Shown: in pieces, positions 45,938-55,054 of the stretch
Numbering within the stretch: position 1 is the first letter of the stretch
Layout: every line of letters starts with the position of its first letter
NCBI RefSeq assembly: GCF_035456225.1
Contig: NZ_DATIDM010000161.1
Coordinates: 1,477 to 65,476, forward strand
Length of the DNA stretch: 64,000 nt
Origin: Flavobacterium sp.
GTDB lineage: Bacteria; Bacteroidota; Bacteroidia; Flavobacteriales; Flavobacteriaceae
Reading direction: 5' to 3'
Made by a program: the position numbers and the translations under genes
The notes under the pieces: model-generated
What the model saw: the letters and a program-made list of their open reading frames with translations, nothing else
Database searches by the model: none
Told to the model about the DNA's origin: nothing

Positions 45938-47091
45938 TACACTTCAAACACTTTGTTTTCTCTGTTCATTTTGCGTAAAATAGGGCTGCAACGGTAACGG
46001 TCTTCGTGATATTCGTTGTACAGCTCGTCTAACTTTTCAATGCACCATTGGATTCCCAATTCGTTTGCCCAAGCCAGTAATCCTTTTGGATAATTTACCC
46101 CTTTGGTCATGGCATTGTCTATATCTTTGGCAGAAGCGATGTTTAAGAACAAGGCATCGGCAGCTTCATTTATCAACATTACGATTACGCGGTCGAAAAT
46201 GGTTTTAGCCAACGTTGTATCTTCTGTCGGTTTCGGCATTTCTTCGCTGTAATTGTAAAAACCTCTTCCTGATTTTCTTCCCAAGAATCCGGCTTCGGTC
46301 AATCGTTTTTGTGTGAATGACGGTTTGTATCTCGGGTCGAAATAGAACGAGGTAAAAACGGTTTCTGTAACAGTGTAATTCACATCGTGTCCGATGAAAT
46401 CCATCAGTTCGAAAGGTCCCATTCGGAAATTACCGATGGTTTTCATGCTCCAATCGATGGTCGCAAAATCGGCATAACCTTCCTCATAAACGCGTAAAGC
46501 CTCGCTATAGAAAGGACGCGCCACTCGGTTTACAATAAATCCGGGTGTATCTTTTGCAACTGCCACAACTTTTTTCCAGTCGGAGATCGTTTGTGTTGTT
46601 TTCTGAAGCACTTCAGCACTTGTCTGAACCGCGGGAATTACCTCAACTAACTGCATTAACGGCGCCGGATTGAAAAAGTGAATTCCGATTACACGCTCCG
46701 GTTTCTGGCACGACGCTGCGATGGATGCAATCGATAATGAGGACGTGTTGGACGCTAAAACCGTTTCTGCTGAAACTAAAGTTTCCAATTCCGAAAATAC
46801 TTTTCGTTTGATGTCAATATTTTCGACGATAGCTTCGATAACCAAATCAGAATCCGATAAATCCTGCAATGTGGTTACATACGAAGTGGCGTTCAAAATC
46901 CTTGCTTTCTCGGCTTCGTCTATTTTTGCCTTCTCCACTAATTTGGATAAGGTATTTTCAAGAGCTGCTTTACTTCTGTTAAGCGCCTCCTGATTGGTAT
47001 CATATAATTTTACGGAACATCCTGCGGTGGCTGCCACTTGTGCAATACCACTTCCCATCGTTCCTGAGCCTATAACTGCTACTTTCTTCAT
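45937..47091 (-). CDS. paaH: 3-hydroxyacyl-CoA dehydrogenase (3-hydroxyadipyl-CoA dehydrogenase candidate)
   Basis: 384 aa. Rossmann motif VIGSGTMGSGIAQV, HFFNPAP, and a C-terminal dimerisation domain. Confidence 0.85.
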   Translation of the reverse strand: MKKVAVIGSGTMGSGIAQVAATAGCSVKLYDTNQEALNRSKAALENTLSKLVEKAKIDEAEKARILNATSYVTTLQDLSDSDLVIEAIVENIDIKRKVFSELETLVSAETVLASNTSSLSIASIAASCQKPERVIGIHFFNPAPLMQLVEVIPAVQTSAEVLQKTTQTISDWKKVVAVAKDTPGFIVNRVARPFYSEALRVYEEGYADFATIDWSMKTIGNFRMGPFELMDFIGHDVNYTVTETVFTSFYFDPRYKPSFTQKRLTEAGFLGRKSGRGFYNYSEEMPKPTEDTTLAKTIFDRVIVMLINEAADALFLNIASAKDIDNAMTKGVNYPKGLLAWANELGIQWCIEKLDELYNEYHEDRYRCSPILRKMNRENKVFEV

Positions 47092-47129
47092 TTAGATTTC
47101 TTGAATTTCAGACTTTCTAATAATCTGAA

Positions 47130-47915
47130 TTAATTCCCTTTAAATTCCGGTACTCTTTTTTCTACGAATGCGGTAACCCCTTCGTTGTAATCGTAAGAAG
47201 AACTGGCTTCAATCTGTAAATCGCTTTCCAATGCCAATTGTTCTTCCAATGAATTCGTCATCGATTGATTCAGTAGTCTTTTTGTCAGACCTAATGCCTT
47301 TGTTGGCATCTGTGCTAAATTTTCGGCCACTTTTTTCACTTCAGCTTCGAAAGAATCGGCAGAAAAAACTTTGTAAATCATCCCTAGGCTCATGGCTTCT
47401 TCGGCAGAAACCTTATCGCCAAGCATCATTAAGGCCGATGCTTTTTGGAATCCGATTAGACGCGGTAAAAAGAATGTTCCGGCACTGTCAGGAACCAAAC
47501 CAATTTTACTGAAAGCCTGAATGAAACTCGCCGATTCTACCGCCACAACGATATCGCAAGCCAAAGCAATATTGGCTCCTGCACCTGCAGCCACACCGTT
47601 TACGGCAGCCACAATCGGTTTTTCGATGTTTCTGATTTTTTGGATAATCGGATTGTAATGCTCTTCAAGAATTCTTCTGAATCCGGGATTGATTTCCGGA
47701 GTGGTTACTTCTTTTAAATCTTGTCCGGCGCAGAATGCCTTTCCGTTTCCGGTAAGCACCATAGCGCGAATATTTGAATCGGCTGCGCAGTTTTCAAGCA
47801 CATCCTGAAGTGACAATGCCATTTCTCTGTTGAAACTGTTGAACACTTCCGGTCTGTTTAGTGCGATCCACGCAACATTATTTTCAATCTTAACCTCAAT
47901 AGAGTTTGAGCTCAT
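47130..47915 (-). CDS. paaG: PaaG-like enoyl-CoA isomerase/hydratase
   Basis: 261 aa, collinear with my recollection of E. coli PaaG (AFCAGQDL, YNPIIQKI, VNGVAAGAGANIALACDIV, EGVTAFVEKR). Confidence 0.8.
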   Translation of the reverse strand: MSSNSIEVKIENNVAWIALNRPEVFNSFNREMALSLQDVLENCAADSNIRAMVLTGNGKAFCAGQDLKEVTTPEINPGFRRILEEHYNPIIQKIRNIEKPIVAAVNGVAAGAGANIALACDIVVAVESASFIQAFSKIGLVPDSAGTFFLPRLIGFQKASALMMLGDKVSAEEAMSLGMIYKVFSADSFEAEVKKVAENLAQMPTKALGLTKRLLNQSMTNSLEEQLALESDLQIEASSSYDYNEGVTAFVEKRVPEFKGN

Positions 47916-47961
47916 ACCTAATTTTATTTAAAAACCCACAGGGAAACCCCGCGGGTTGATT

Positions 47962-48462
47962 TTATTTTAAACATTTAAAATAGTCAAAAGGCTCGAGACA
48001 GTCCTGACACTGAAAAAGTGCCTTACAGGCTGTCGAACCAAATTGGCTGACCAGTTTCGTGTTAAACGAACCGCATTGCGGGCATTTAACCAATTTTTTA
48101 TTTCCCAGCAGTGCTTCCTTATCGGCTTCTGCACTTAGCGGTGCAGCGATACCGTATTTCTCCAGCTCGGTTCTTCCTTTTGGTGTAATCCAATCGGTGG
48201 TCCAGGCGGGTGAAAGCACTAAACTCACTTTGGCTTCCAATCCATTTTCCCTGAATGCTTTTTTGATATCGTCGCCGATAACATCCATGGCAGGACAGCC
48301 GCTGTAAGTAGGTGTAATTGCTATTTCGAAGATGTCATTTTCAACATTTACAGCACGAACCACTCCCATATCCATGATGGAAAGTACAGGAATTTCAGGA
48401 TCGGAAACCGAAGCAAGAATATCCAGTATTTTTTTATCGATATGTTGAAGCTGTTCTGTCAT
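47962..48462 (-). CDS. paaD: Phenylacetyl-CoA epoxidase subunit PaaD
   Basis: 166 aa. DUF59/SufT-like N-domain (DPEIPVLSIMDMGVV) and a C-terminal CPQCGS...CQDC cluster. Confidence 0.85.
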   Translation of the reverse strand: MTEQLQHIDKKILDILASVSDPEIPVLSIMDMGVVRAVNVENDIFEIAITPTYSGCPAMDVIGDDIKKAFRENGLEAKVSLVLSPAWTTDWITPKGRTELEKYGIAAPLSAEADKEALLGNKKLVKCPQCGSFNTKLVSQFGSTACKALFQCQDCLEPFDYFKCLK

Positions 48463-48493
48463 AACTTAACTGTAAAGAATACAATGCTTTCCT

Positions 48494-49246
48494 TTACCAG
48501 GTCATGTTCGGATAAGTACGTTGCATATACTGCATTTCGGTCAGAATGTACCCCATATGCTCGCTGTGAACTCCATTTTTACCGCCTTTCTGGAAATATT
48601 CCATTTCCGGAGTTTGTAAGGTTGCTTCGTTTAAAACCGCACTCACTTTTTCGTAATATGCTGTTTTAAGAAGCGTTACATCAACTCCGATTTTTTCAGC
48701 CACCATGGCTTTATCGGCATCCGTCTGATGGAATAACTCATCGGTAAAAATCCACAAATCATTGATGGCATTCTGAATTCTAGTGTGACTTTCTTCTGTT
48801 CCGTCACCTAAACGTTTAATCCAGTCGGATGTGAAACGCACATGATATAAAACCTCTTTGATACTTTTTTTGGCGATAGCGGAAAGCATCTCATCAGTAC
48901 TGTTCTGCAATTCCTCCAAAAATGCCAGATGGTAAACGTCAAACAAAAACTGTCTGCCAATTACGTAGGCGAAATCCGTGTTAGGCTGCTCGGCCAAAAG
49001 TACGTTCTTATACTCTCTTTCCAAACGAAGAAAAGCAATCGTATCTTCTGTGGCATCACCTCCCTGCAATTTGGCAGCGTACTGATAATAACTGCGTGTT
49101 TGCCCGAACAAATCAAGCGAAATATTCGTCAATGCGATATCCGTTTCAAGACTTGGTCCGTGACCGCATAATTCTCCCAGACGTTGTCCTAAAATCAGAG
49201 AATTATCCGCAATTCCAAGAATATATTGAATCAAATCCTTATTCAT
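48494..49246 (-). CDS. paaC: Phenylacetyl-CoA epoxidase subunit PaaC
   Basis: 250 aa ferritin-like protein. Positioned between paaB and paaD. Confidence 0.85.
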   Translation of the reverse strand: MNKDLIQYILGIADNSLILGQRLGELCGHGPSLETDIALTNISLDLFGQTRSYYQYAAKLQGGDATEDTIAFLRLEREYKNVLLAEQPNTDFAYVIGRQFLFDVYHLAFLEELQNSTDEMLSAIAKKSIKEVLYHVRFTSDWIKRLGDGTEESHTRIQNAINDLWIFTDELFHQTDADKAMVAEKIGVDVTLLKTAYYEKVSAVLNEATLQTPEMEYFQKGGKNGVHSEHMGYILTEMQYMQRTYPNMTW

Positions 49247-49247
49247 A

Positions 49248-49529
49248 TTACATGTGTTTTAGTTCGTCAGGAAGTTCGTAAAAAGTGGGATGACGGTAGG
49301 CTTTGTCCATCGCCGGTTCAAACGTTTCTCCATTTTGATCCGGATTAGACGCCATGATCTGGCTTGTTGGCACAACCCAAATACTTACCCCTTCCATTCT
49401 GCGGGTATACACATCGCGTGCATTTTCCAGTGCCATGGTAGCATCACTTGCGTGAAGACTTCCGCAATGACGATGTTCCAATCCGTTTTTACTTCTTATA
49501 AATACTTCCCAAAGTGGCCAGTTTTTCAT
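49248..49529 (-). CDS. paaB: Phenylacetyl-CoA epoxidase subunit PaaB
   Basis: 93 aa. WPLWEVFIRSKNGLEHRHCGSLHA is typical of PaaB. Confidence 0.9.
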   Translation of the reverse strand: MKNWPLWEVFIRSKNGLEHRHCGSLHASDATMALENARDVYTRRMEGVSIWVVPTSQIMASNPDQNGETFEPAMDKAYRHPTFYELPDELKHM

Positions 49530-49536
49530 AATCTTA

Positions 49537-49595
49537 TAGTTTACAGTTTACAGTCGCAGTCACAGTCTGAAAACTGTAAACCGCGATTGAAAAAC
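49537..49595 (-). repeat. 6-7-nt CAGT/ACTG tandem repeat array filling the paaA-paaB spacer
   Basis: tagtttacagtttacagtcgcagtcacagtctgaaaactgtaaaccgcgattgaaaaac. Confidence 0.85.
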
Positions 49596-49601
49596 TAAAT
49601 T

Positions 49602-50558
49602 TTAAATTGCTTGTTCTAATTTCTTTTCTTCTTGTTTTTCGGCGTAAGCCATAGCGGCGTCACGAACCCACTTCCCGTTTTCATGGGCATTTACTCTTGC
49701 GGCAATTCGTTGCTTGTTGCAAGGCCCGTGTCCTTTAACCACCTGCCAGAATTCATTCCAGTCAATTTCCCCGAAATCATAATGTTTTCTTTCCTCGTTC
49801 CATTTCAGTTGCGGATCCGGAATGGTCAATCCTAAAATTTCTGCTTGAGGAACTGTTTGGTCGATAAACTGCTGACGAAGTTCGTCGTTGGTTTTACGTT
49901 TCAGTTTCCATTTTACCGATTGTTCCGTGTTAGGTGACTCGGCATCTCTTGGACCGAACATCATCAAAGAAGGCCACCACCAACGATTTAAGGAATCCTG
50001 AGCCATAGCTTTTTGTTCAGGAGTTCCGTTACAAAGTGTCAGCAAAATTTCGTATCCCTGACGCTGATGAAAACTTTCCTCCTTACAGATTCTGACCATG
50101 GCACGGGAATAAGGACCGTAAGAGGTACCCATAAGTGCCACCTGATTGATAATCGCCGCACCATCTACTAACCATCCCACAGAACCCATATCGGCCCATG
50201 TTAAGGTCGGATAGTTGAAAATACTGGAATATTTCGCTTCGCCTGAATGCAGCTGTTCGAACAACTCATCGCGGGAAATTCCCAATGTTTCGCACGCACT
50301 GTACAAATAAAGCCCGTGTCCGCCTTCATCTTGGATTTTAGCCAACAAAGCCACTTTTCTTCGTAAAGAAGGAGCACGTGTTATCCAGTTCCCTTCAGGC
50401 AACATTCCAACAATTTCGGAATGAGCATGTTGTGAAATCTGACGGATATGTGTTTTTCTGTATTTCTCCGGCATCCAGTCTTTCGGTTCGATTTTCTCAT
50501 CTCTTGCGATGCGTGCCTCGAACATTTCCTCTAAACTTTTTATTTCATTTTCTGACAT
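49602..50558 (-). CDS. paaA: Phenylacetyl-CoA epoxidase catalytic subunit PaaA
   Basis: 318 aa di-iron ferritin-like protein ([20 protein letters not shown]). Confidence 0.95.
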   Translation of the reverse strand: MSENEIKSLEEMFEARIARDEKIEPKDWMPEKYRKTHIRQISQHAHSEIVGMLPEGNWITRAPSLRRKVALLAKIQDEGGHGLYLYSACETLGISRDELFEQLHSGEAKYSSIFNYPTLTWADMGSVGWLVDGAAIINQVALMGTSYGPYSRAMVRICKEESFHQRQGYEILLTLCNGTPEQKAMAQDSLNRWWWPSLMMFGPRDAESPNTEQSVKWKLKRKTNDELRQQFIDQTVPQAEILGLTIPDPQLKWNEERKHYDFGEIDWNEFWQVVKGHGPCNKQRIAARVNAHENGKWVRDAAMAYAEKQEEKKLEQAI

Positions 50559-50564
50559 AACTTT

Positions 50565-50600
50565 TAGTATTCAGTGTTCTGTCGCAGTATTCAGTTTTAC
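50565..50600 (-). repeat. 6-7-nt CAGT tandem repeat array directly upstream of paaA
   Basis: tagtattcagtgttctgtcgcagtattcagttttac. Confidence 0.75.
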
Positions 50601-50695
50601 CCCGACTTTGATTAACTATTTCTGTACTAAATATACTGTTTGTGTACATCTGTAATCCTCTACTGAAACGGATTACCGGACACTATTTTGCTCAT

Positions 50696-51769
50696 TTACA
50701 ATCCGAAGTCCACCACCACTTTTTTGGAAGTCGGCACTGCCTGACAGCTCAACGTGTAGTTTTTCGCCAGCTCTTCCTCTTCAAGAGAATAGTTGAGTTT
50801 CATTTCTACAGTCCCTTCCACCACTTTACAACGACAGGTACTGCACACCCCGCCTTTACAGGCATAAGGCAAATCGGCACCGGCTGCGATGGCACCGTCC
50901 AGGATATTATCAAAATCCTCTCCCATAACAAAGTGGAATTCTTTTCCGCCATCCAGGATAGTCACTTCTGTGCCTTCCACTTTTTTCTCCAATATTTTGC
51001 TTACACGTTGCTTGTCTGCTTCCGAATTTCCTGTATGGAACAACTCAAAGTGTATTTTTTCTTTCGGTAATCCGGCCGCTGTCATTTCATCGCGAATCAG
51101 GAAAATCATTTCTTCCGGACCACAGATGAAACATTCATCAACCGAAGGAACATCGATGATTTTCTGGGTCAGTATCTGTAATTTTTCTTTAGTGAACCTT
51201 CCGTTGAACAATTCAACATTTCTATGTTCTTTACTTAAGAAGAAAAACACCTCAAAACGACCTAAATATCTGTTTTTCAATGCCTCAATTTCCTCCTTAA
51301 AGATAATTGATTTTACTGTTCTGTTCAAATAAAACAATTGAAAAGTACTTTCCGGCTCTAAAGCCAAATGCGTTTTGATAATGGAAAGTATCGGCGTAAT
51401 TCCGCTTCCCGCCGCAAAAACAACATAGTTTTTAGCAACTTTCGGATTAACATCCTTGAAAAAAACACCGCTTGGCGACATTATTTCCAGAACATCCCCT
51501 TTTTTCAAGGTATTATTTACAAAACCTGAAAATAAACCGCCGTCGATTTGTTTAACCGCCACCTGCCACTTATTTTCTATTGGGCTGGAACATAGTGAAT
51601 ATGAACGGCGCACTTCGGCACCATCAATCATTGTTCTTACGTTTAGGTGCTGTCCTTGCTTGAATATAAATTCAGGTTTTAACGCTTCCGGAATTTCAAA
51701 CTCGATAACAGAACAATCCTTGGTTTCCTTATAAATATCCGAAACCTTTATACTGTGAAATTTACTCAT
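50696..51769 (-). CDS. paaE: Phenylacetyl-CoA epoxidase reductase subunit PaaE (FNR-like + 2Fe-2S ferredoxin)
   Basis: 357 aa. FAD motif RRSYSL, NAD-binding GSGITP, and C-terminal CKGGVCSTCRCKV. Confidence 0.9.
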   Translation of the reverse strand: MSKFHSIKVSDIYKETKDCSVIEFEIPEALKPEFIFKQGQHLNVRTMIDGAEVRRSYSLCSSPIENKWQVAVKQIDGGLFSGFVNNTLKKGDVLEIMSPSGVFFKDVNPKVAKNYVVFAAGSGITPILSIIKTHLALEPESTFQLFYLNRTVKSIIFKEEIEALKNRYLGRFEVFFFLSKEHRNVELFNGRFTKEKLQILTQKIIDVPSVDECFICGPEEMIFLIRDEMTAAGLPKEKIHFELFHTGNSEADKQRVSKILEKKVEGTEVTILDGGKEFHFVMGEDFDNILDGAIAAGADLPYACKGGVCSTCRCKVVEGTVEMKLNYSLEEEELAKNYTLSCQAVPTSKKVVVDFGL

Positions 51770-51788
51770 TGCAATAGCTGTTAATTTT

Positions 51789-51806
51789 AACTAACAATTG
51801 TTAGTT
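51789..51806. promoter_or_regulatory. Perfect 18-bp palindrome AACTAACAATTGTTAGTT: candidate TetR operator of the paa block
   Basis: Self-complementary by direct reading. Lies 20-37 nt upstream of the paaE ATG and just downstream of a TAnnTTTG box on the minus strand. Confidence 0.6.
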
Positions 51807-51813
51807 TGCAGTG

Positions 51814-51821
51814 CAAAAATA
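51814..51821 (-). promoter_or_regulatory. TAnnTTTG -7 box (TATTTTTG) for paaE
   Basis: Reverse complement of caaaaata at 51814-51821. It is 7 nt upstream (mRNA sense) of the palindrome. Confidence 0.5.
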
Positions 51822-51921
51822 AGTAATATTTCAATACGTATGCCTCTATGATTTAAAAAAAATGAATTTGCTGGGAAATATTAACAGAAGTCGTATTCAA
51901 AAAATAAATTCAGAATAAAAT

Positions 51922-52491
51922 CTAAACAATTCCGTGCAGTAAAACCTGCGTCATGTTCGATTTTAAAACAGCGGCATTGAAACCTTTTTTCTTTCCGTAC
52001 CAAAGGTAAAGTGTTCGCAATGTGGAATGTAGTGAAAAAATAATCACTTCGGTATTTAAGTCTTTCAACTCACCGTCTGCAATTCCTTTCATTATAATTT
52101 TGCGGAAATTCTCTTCATATTCTTCACGCATTTTGATGAAATATGCCAACTCGGCGTCTACAAGATGCATCCAGTCGGAGTTCAGGGAAGCCAAAGCGTC
52201 CGTGTCCCTGACCGTGATGTCAATATGCAGTTGAATCACTTTTTCGATTTTCTGAATGCAGGTAACGTTTGACAGCATGATTTCGTTCATCCCATTGGTG
52301 AACTCCTCTGCAATTTCGATGACAATTAACGCCAGAATTTCCTGTTTGGACCTGATGTGGTTGTACAAACTAGCCGCTTTAATATCCATTGCCTGCGCAA
52401 TATCACGCATGGTTACGGCGCTATAGCCTTTTTCCTTAAAAAGCTTGGCCGCTATAGTTATTATTTCGGTTTTTCTGTCTAATGATTTCAT
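51922..52491 (-). CDS. TetR/AcrR-family transcriptional regulator (PaaR-like candidate)
   Basis: Start moved to ATG 52491 (MKSLDRKTEIITIAAKLFKEKGYSAVTMRDIAQAMDIKAASLYNH is an HTH). 189 aa, directly upstream of paaE on the same strand. Confidence 0.85.
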   Translation of the reverse strand: MKSLDRKTEIITIAAKLFKEKGYSAVTMRDIAQAMDIKAASLYNHIRSKQEILALIVIEIAEEFTNGMNEIMLSNVTCIQKIEKVIQLHIDITVRDTDALASLNSDWMHLVDAELAYFIKMREEYEENFRKIIMKGIADGELKDLNTEVIIFSLHSTLRTLYLWYGKKKGFNAAVLKSNMTQVLLHGIV

Positions 52492-52559
52492 CGGTTGCAA
52501 AAATAGAATTTATTTCAGCTTTGGTAACATTTGCTACAAATTAATTCGGCTCCCGGTCG

Positions 52560-52567
52560 TACATTTG
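52560..52567 (+). promoter_or_regulatory. TAnnTTTG -7 box (TACATTTG)
   Basis: 17 nt upstream of ATG 52585. Confidence 0.45.
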
Positions 52568-52584
52568 CTTAAAATTAATACAAC

Positions 52585-52893
52585 ATGGGATTATTAGATC
52601 TTTTAGGATTGGGAAGCAAATCGGATGCTATTCAGGAATTTGCCGCCAAGGGAGCAGTGATTATCGATGTGAGAACTGTTGGTGAATTTTCTTCGGGACA
52701 TATCAAAGGTTCTAAAAACATGCCGTTAGACACAATCGCATCAAAAATAGAAGAAATCAAAAAATTGAATAAGCCGGTAATTGCCTGTTGCCGTTCCGGA
52801 ATGCGAAGTGCACAAGCGACTTCCATTCTAAAACAAAACGGGATCGAAGCCTTAAATGGTGGTGGCTGGGAAAGTTTACAACGCAAGCTTTAG
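52585..52893 (+). CDS. Single-domain rhodanese-like sulfurtransferase
   Basis: 102 aa with the active-site loop CCRSGMRS. Confidence 0.85.
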   Translation: MGLLDLLGLGSKSDAIQEFAAKGAVIIDVRTVGEFSSGHIKGSKNMPLDTIASKIEEIKKLNKPVIACCRSGMRSAQATSILKQNGIEALNGGGWESLQRKL

Positions 52894-52903
52894 AATTTCA
52901 AAA

Positions 52904-52934
52904 AAATCCCGCTTCAATGGCGGGATTTTCTTTT
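52904..52934. terminator. Bidirectional terminator between the rhodanese and DUF4230 genes
   Basis: aaatcccgc-ttcaatg-gcgggattt hairpin flanked by A- and T-runs. Confidence 0.8.
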
Positions 52935-53625
52935 ATAATTTAATCGTCTTACCCAACTGATTTTCCGTTTGGATTACCTGATTTTTGTATTCCAGTTTCC
53001 AGCCTAATGCGTTGGTTACGATCAGTATTTTAGCCAATTCGCTTACTAATCGGTTTTCGGCATTGGATTTCAGTTTTGACTTTTCGATTTTTCTTGCCAG
53101 ATCGGCTTTTACCTTTTTATTGATTTTATTGTAATCGTCACCCGTAAAAGGATTCAGGGTACTTTGGTCAACATCATAAAACTGAATGTCCGGACTGATT
53201 TTAATTTCTTCTTTCGGAATGCTGACAATGTTGATGGTTTTGTTTTTTTCATCAATATCGTATTTCACCTTGCTCAAATCATAAGCAACAGTAACATCGG
53301 CGTTGATGATGATAAGTGCTTTTTTTTCAAAGGATAGCAGGTTCATCATATATTTCTGCTGATCCTTATAGGTCATAACCTGGGAATAATGTCCTTCGGT
53401 AACAACCAATTTCCCAACGTTTTTTATCTGCTGTTCGATTAAATCGGTGTTGTATTCGGTTGTTTCTGTTGGCTTTTCGGAAGTAAAATACTTAAACAGA
53501 ACCACCCCGACAATCACCAAAACAATCAGCCAGATGATTTTACCGGAACGCCCAATAGTCTGAATCAAAGGGACAAGCATATTTTTTATGTCGGTTTCTG
53601 CAGACGAACCTCTTCTGGTAGCCAT
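52933..53625 (-). CDS. DUF4230-like membrane-anchored protein
   Basis: 230 aa. N-terminal TM helix and a GKLVVTEGHYSQVMTY...KKALIIINADVTVAYDLSK pattern. Confidence 0.7.
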   Translation of the reverse strand: MATRRGSSAETDIKNMLVPLIQTIGRSGKIIWLIVLVIVGVVLFKYFTSEKPTETTEYNTDLIEQQIKNVGKLVVTEGHYSQVMTYKDQQKYMMNLLSFEKKALIIINADVTVAYDLSKVKYDIDEKNKTINIVSIPKEEIKISPDIQFYDVDQSTLNPFTGDDYNKINKKVKADLARKIEKSKLKSNAENRLVSELAKILIVTNALGWKLEYKNQVIQTENQLGKTIKL

Positions 53626-53669
53626 AGCTTATTAATTTACCTATAAAGGTAGTGAAAAGTTAAATCAGA

Positions 53670-54872
53670 TTATTGTCCTTTATTTTTTTGCAGACTTCCA
53701 TACAAATCAACAGGCTTTTTCCATTGGGAATCCATTCTTATGGACTCTTCGAGACTTCTTAATCCTTTTATAGTTTGATTTTTTTTGAGATAGATTAAGC
53801 CCATTAAAAAAAATGAATCGGCTCCCAATTTAGATTTAAAAGATAAAAGATAAAATTTTGACAGCCACAAATAACCTAAAGAGTAAATTGAACTTGCTAT
53901 TTTAAAAATCTTATCCTTTGGTTCAACATAGCTTATTAAGTACATACTGTCATTATAAGACATGCGCGAAGGAGAAGTCTTCATTCGCAAATAACAACCT
54001 AAAGCCCTCCAATAAAGTTTATCACTATAAAATGCATCTCCCAAAAACAAATAAAGCAAAGTGCATTTCTTGTAATCTAACCCTTGCTTTAATAAGTCGA
54101 CACTCTTAAGGATTTCATTTTGGTCTTTATACAAATTGGACAAGAACACAAATGCTGCAATCCTTATTTTTTTGTCTGTTGACTTATCCGATATAAGTCT
54201 TTTCAGATCACTTTCCGACTCTTGCTTTTTTTTAAGAAAAAAATTAGTTTTTGCCTTCTGAAAAAGTAGCCATTGATCATTTGGTATGTCTTCAAGTTGC
54301 CGATGTATTATCTCTAAATAATATTTTTGTTTGAGAATAATCTTATCGTCATCCGTTTCAAATATATTGTGATTTAAGAATGCATTTTGCAATACTCCAA
54401 TTTTAATATTATTTTCAATAAAATAATTGTCAAGACGTTCATGAATAGGATATTGAAATTTGACATGTCCCGAATTAACAAAAAGCCTCAATATTCCAAC
54501 CGGATAACTTACCAATTTATTATCCGATTTATTTCTGTATATCTCATTTCGGAAAACCAAATAAGCTTCTTCCTTGGCTTTTTTTAAAAAATCAAGAAAT
54601 GTCCTATCGTAATGAAAAACTTCATCTGCGTCAATTATAAGTATCCACTTACCTTTAGCTTTGGAAATGCATAAATTTCTGGCATATGAAAAATCATCAA
54701 TCCAATCACTGTAATAAATTTTATCCGTGTACTTTTGGGCTAATACCGTAGTTCTGTCAGTGGAAAAAGAATCAAGTATGACAATCTCATCTGCAATTTC
54801 ACTTACAGACTTGAGACATTTCTCAATACTTGACTCTTCGTTTTTTGTAATAATACAAACTGATAAAAACAA
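53670..54872 (-). CDS. GT2-family glycosyltransferase with C-terminal TPR-like helical domain (SunS-like architecture)
   Basis: 400 aa. LSVCIITKNEE, EIVILDSFSTDRT, DDFSYARN, IIDADE (DxD). C-terminal ~200 aa are helical repeats. TTG start 11 nt after the stop of the 46-aa mini-ORF. Confidence 0.8.
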   Translation of the reverse strand: MFLSVCIITKNEESSIEKCLKSVSEIADEIVILDSFSTDRTTVLAQKYTDKIYYSDWIDDFSYARNLCISKAKGKWILIIDADEVFHYDRTFLDFLKKAKEEAYLVFRNEIYRNKSDNKLVSYPVGILRLFVNSGHVKFQYPIHERLDNYFIENNIKIGVLQNAFLNHNIFETDDDKIILKQKYYLEIIHRQLEDIPNDQWLLFQKAKTNFFLKKKQESESDLKRLISDKSTDKKIRIAAFVFLSNLYKDQNEILKSVDLLKQGLDYKKCTLLYLFLGDAFYSDKLYWRALGCYLRMKTSPSRMSYNDSMYLISYVEPKDKIFKIASSIYSLGYLWLSKFYLLSFKSKLGADSFFLMGLIYLKKNQTIKGLRSLEESIRMDSQWKKPVDLYGSLQKNKGQ

Positions 54873-54883
54873 TTTATACTATT

Positions 54884-55024
54884 TTAAGAATGATAGAAAG
54901 CATCCACCTCTGTTTGCTCAACATTGTAATTAACTTCTACTCCATTCGATTGGTCTTCAGTAGAAACATCATTACTTTGAACACCAAAAAGACAAGACAC
55001 CAATGTAACTAAATAAGTAAACAT
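54884..55024 (-). CDS. 46-aa mini-ORF: lipoprotein-like signal + acidic peptide (hypothetical)
   Basis: Below the ORF-track cutoff. Manual translation gives MFTYLVTLVSCLFGVQSNDVSTEDQSNGVEVNYNVEQTEVDAFYHS (lipobox LVSC). ATG start, 30 nt after the upstream gene and 11 nt before the GT2 start. Confidence 0.35.
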   Translation of the reverse strand: MFTYLVTLVSCLFGVQSNDVSTEDQSNGVEVNYNVEQTEVDAFYHS

Positions 55025-55054
55025 ATTTTTTTAAATTTAGAATTAGCCGACAAA

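Noticed and set aside
39756-50600. Whether the tandem 6-7-nt arrays could be CRISPR-like or a minisatellite-encoded peptide
   Set aside because: The units are only 6-7 nt with no unique spacers, and the arrays are only 22-69 bp long. There are no cas genes, and the arrays lie exactly between cistrons. They are reported as repeats or leaders instead.
50642-51332. Plus-strand ORFs of 142 and 147 aa inside paaE
   Set aside because: They are antisense to a gene with clear FNR and 2Fe-2S motifs and have no features of their own.
52498-52505. TATTTTTG box (minus strand) as the TetR promoter
   Set aside because: It sits only 6 nt upstream of the preferred ATG (52491) and overlaps the TTG start used by the ORF track. 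It would imply a leaderless mRNA, which cannot be decided from sequence alone.
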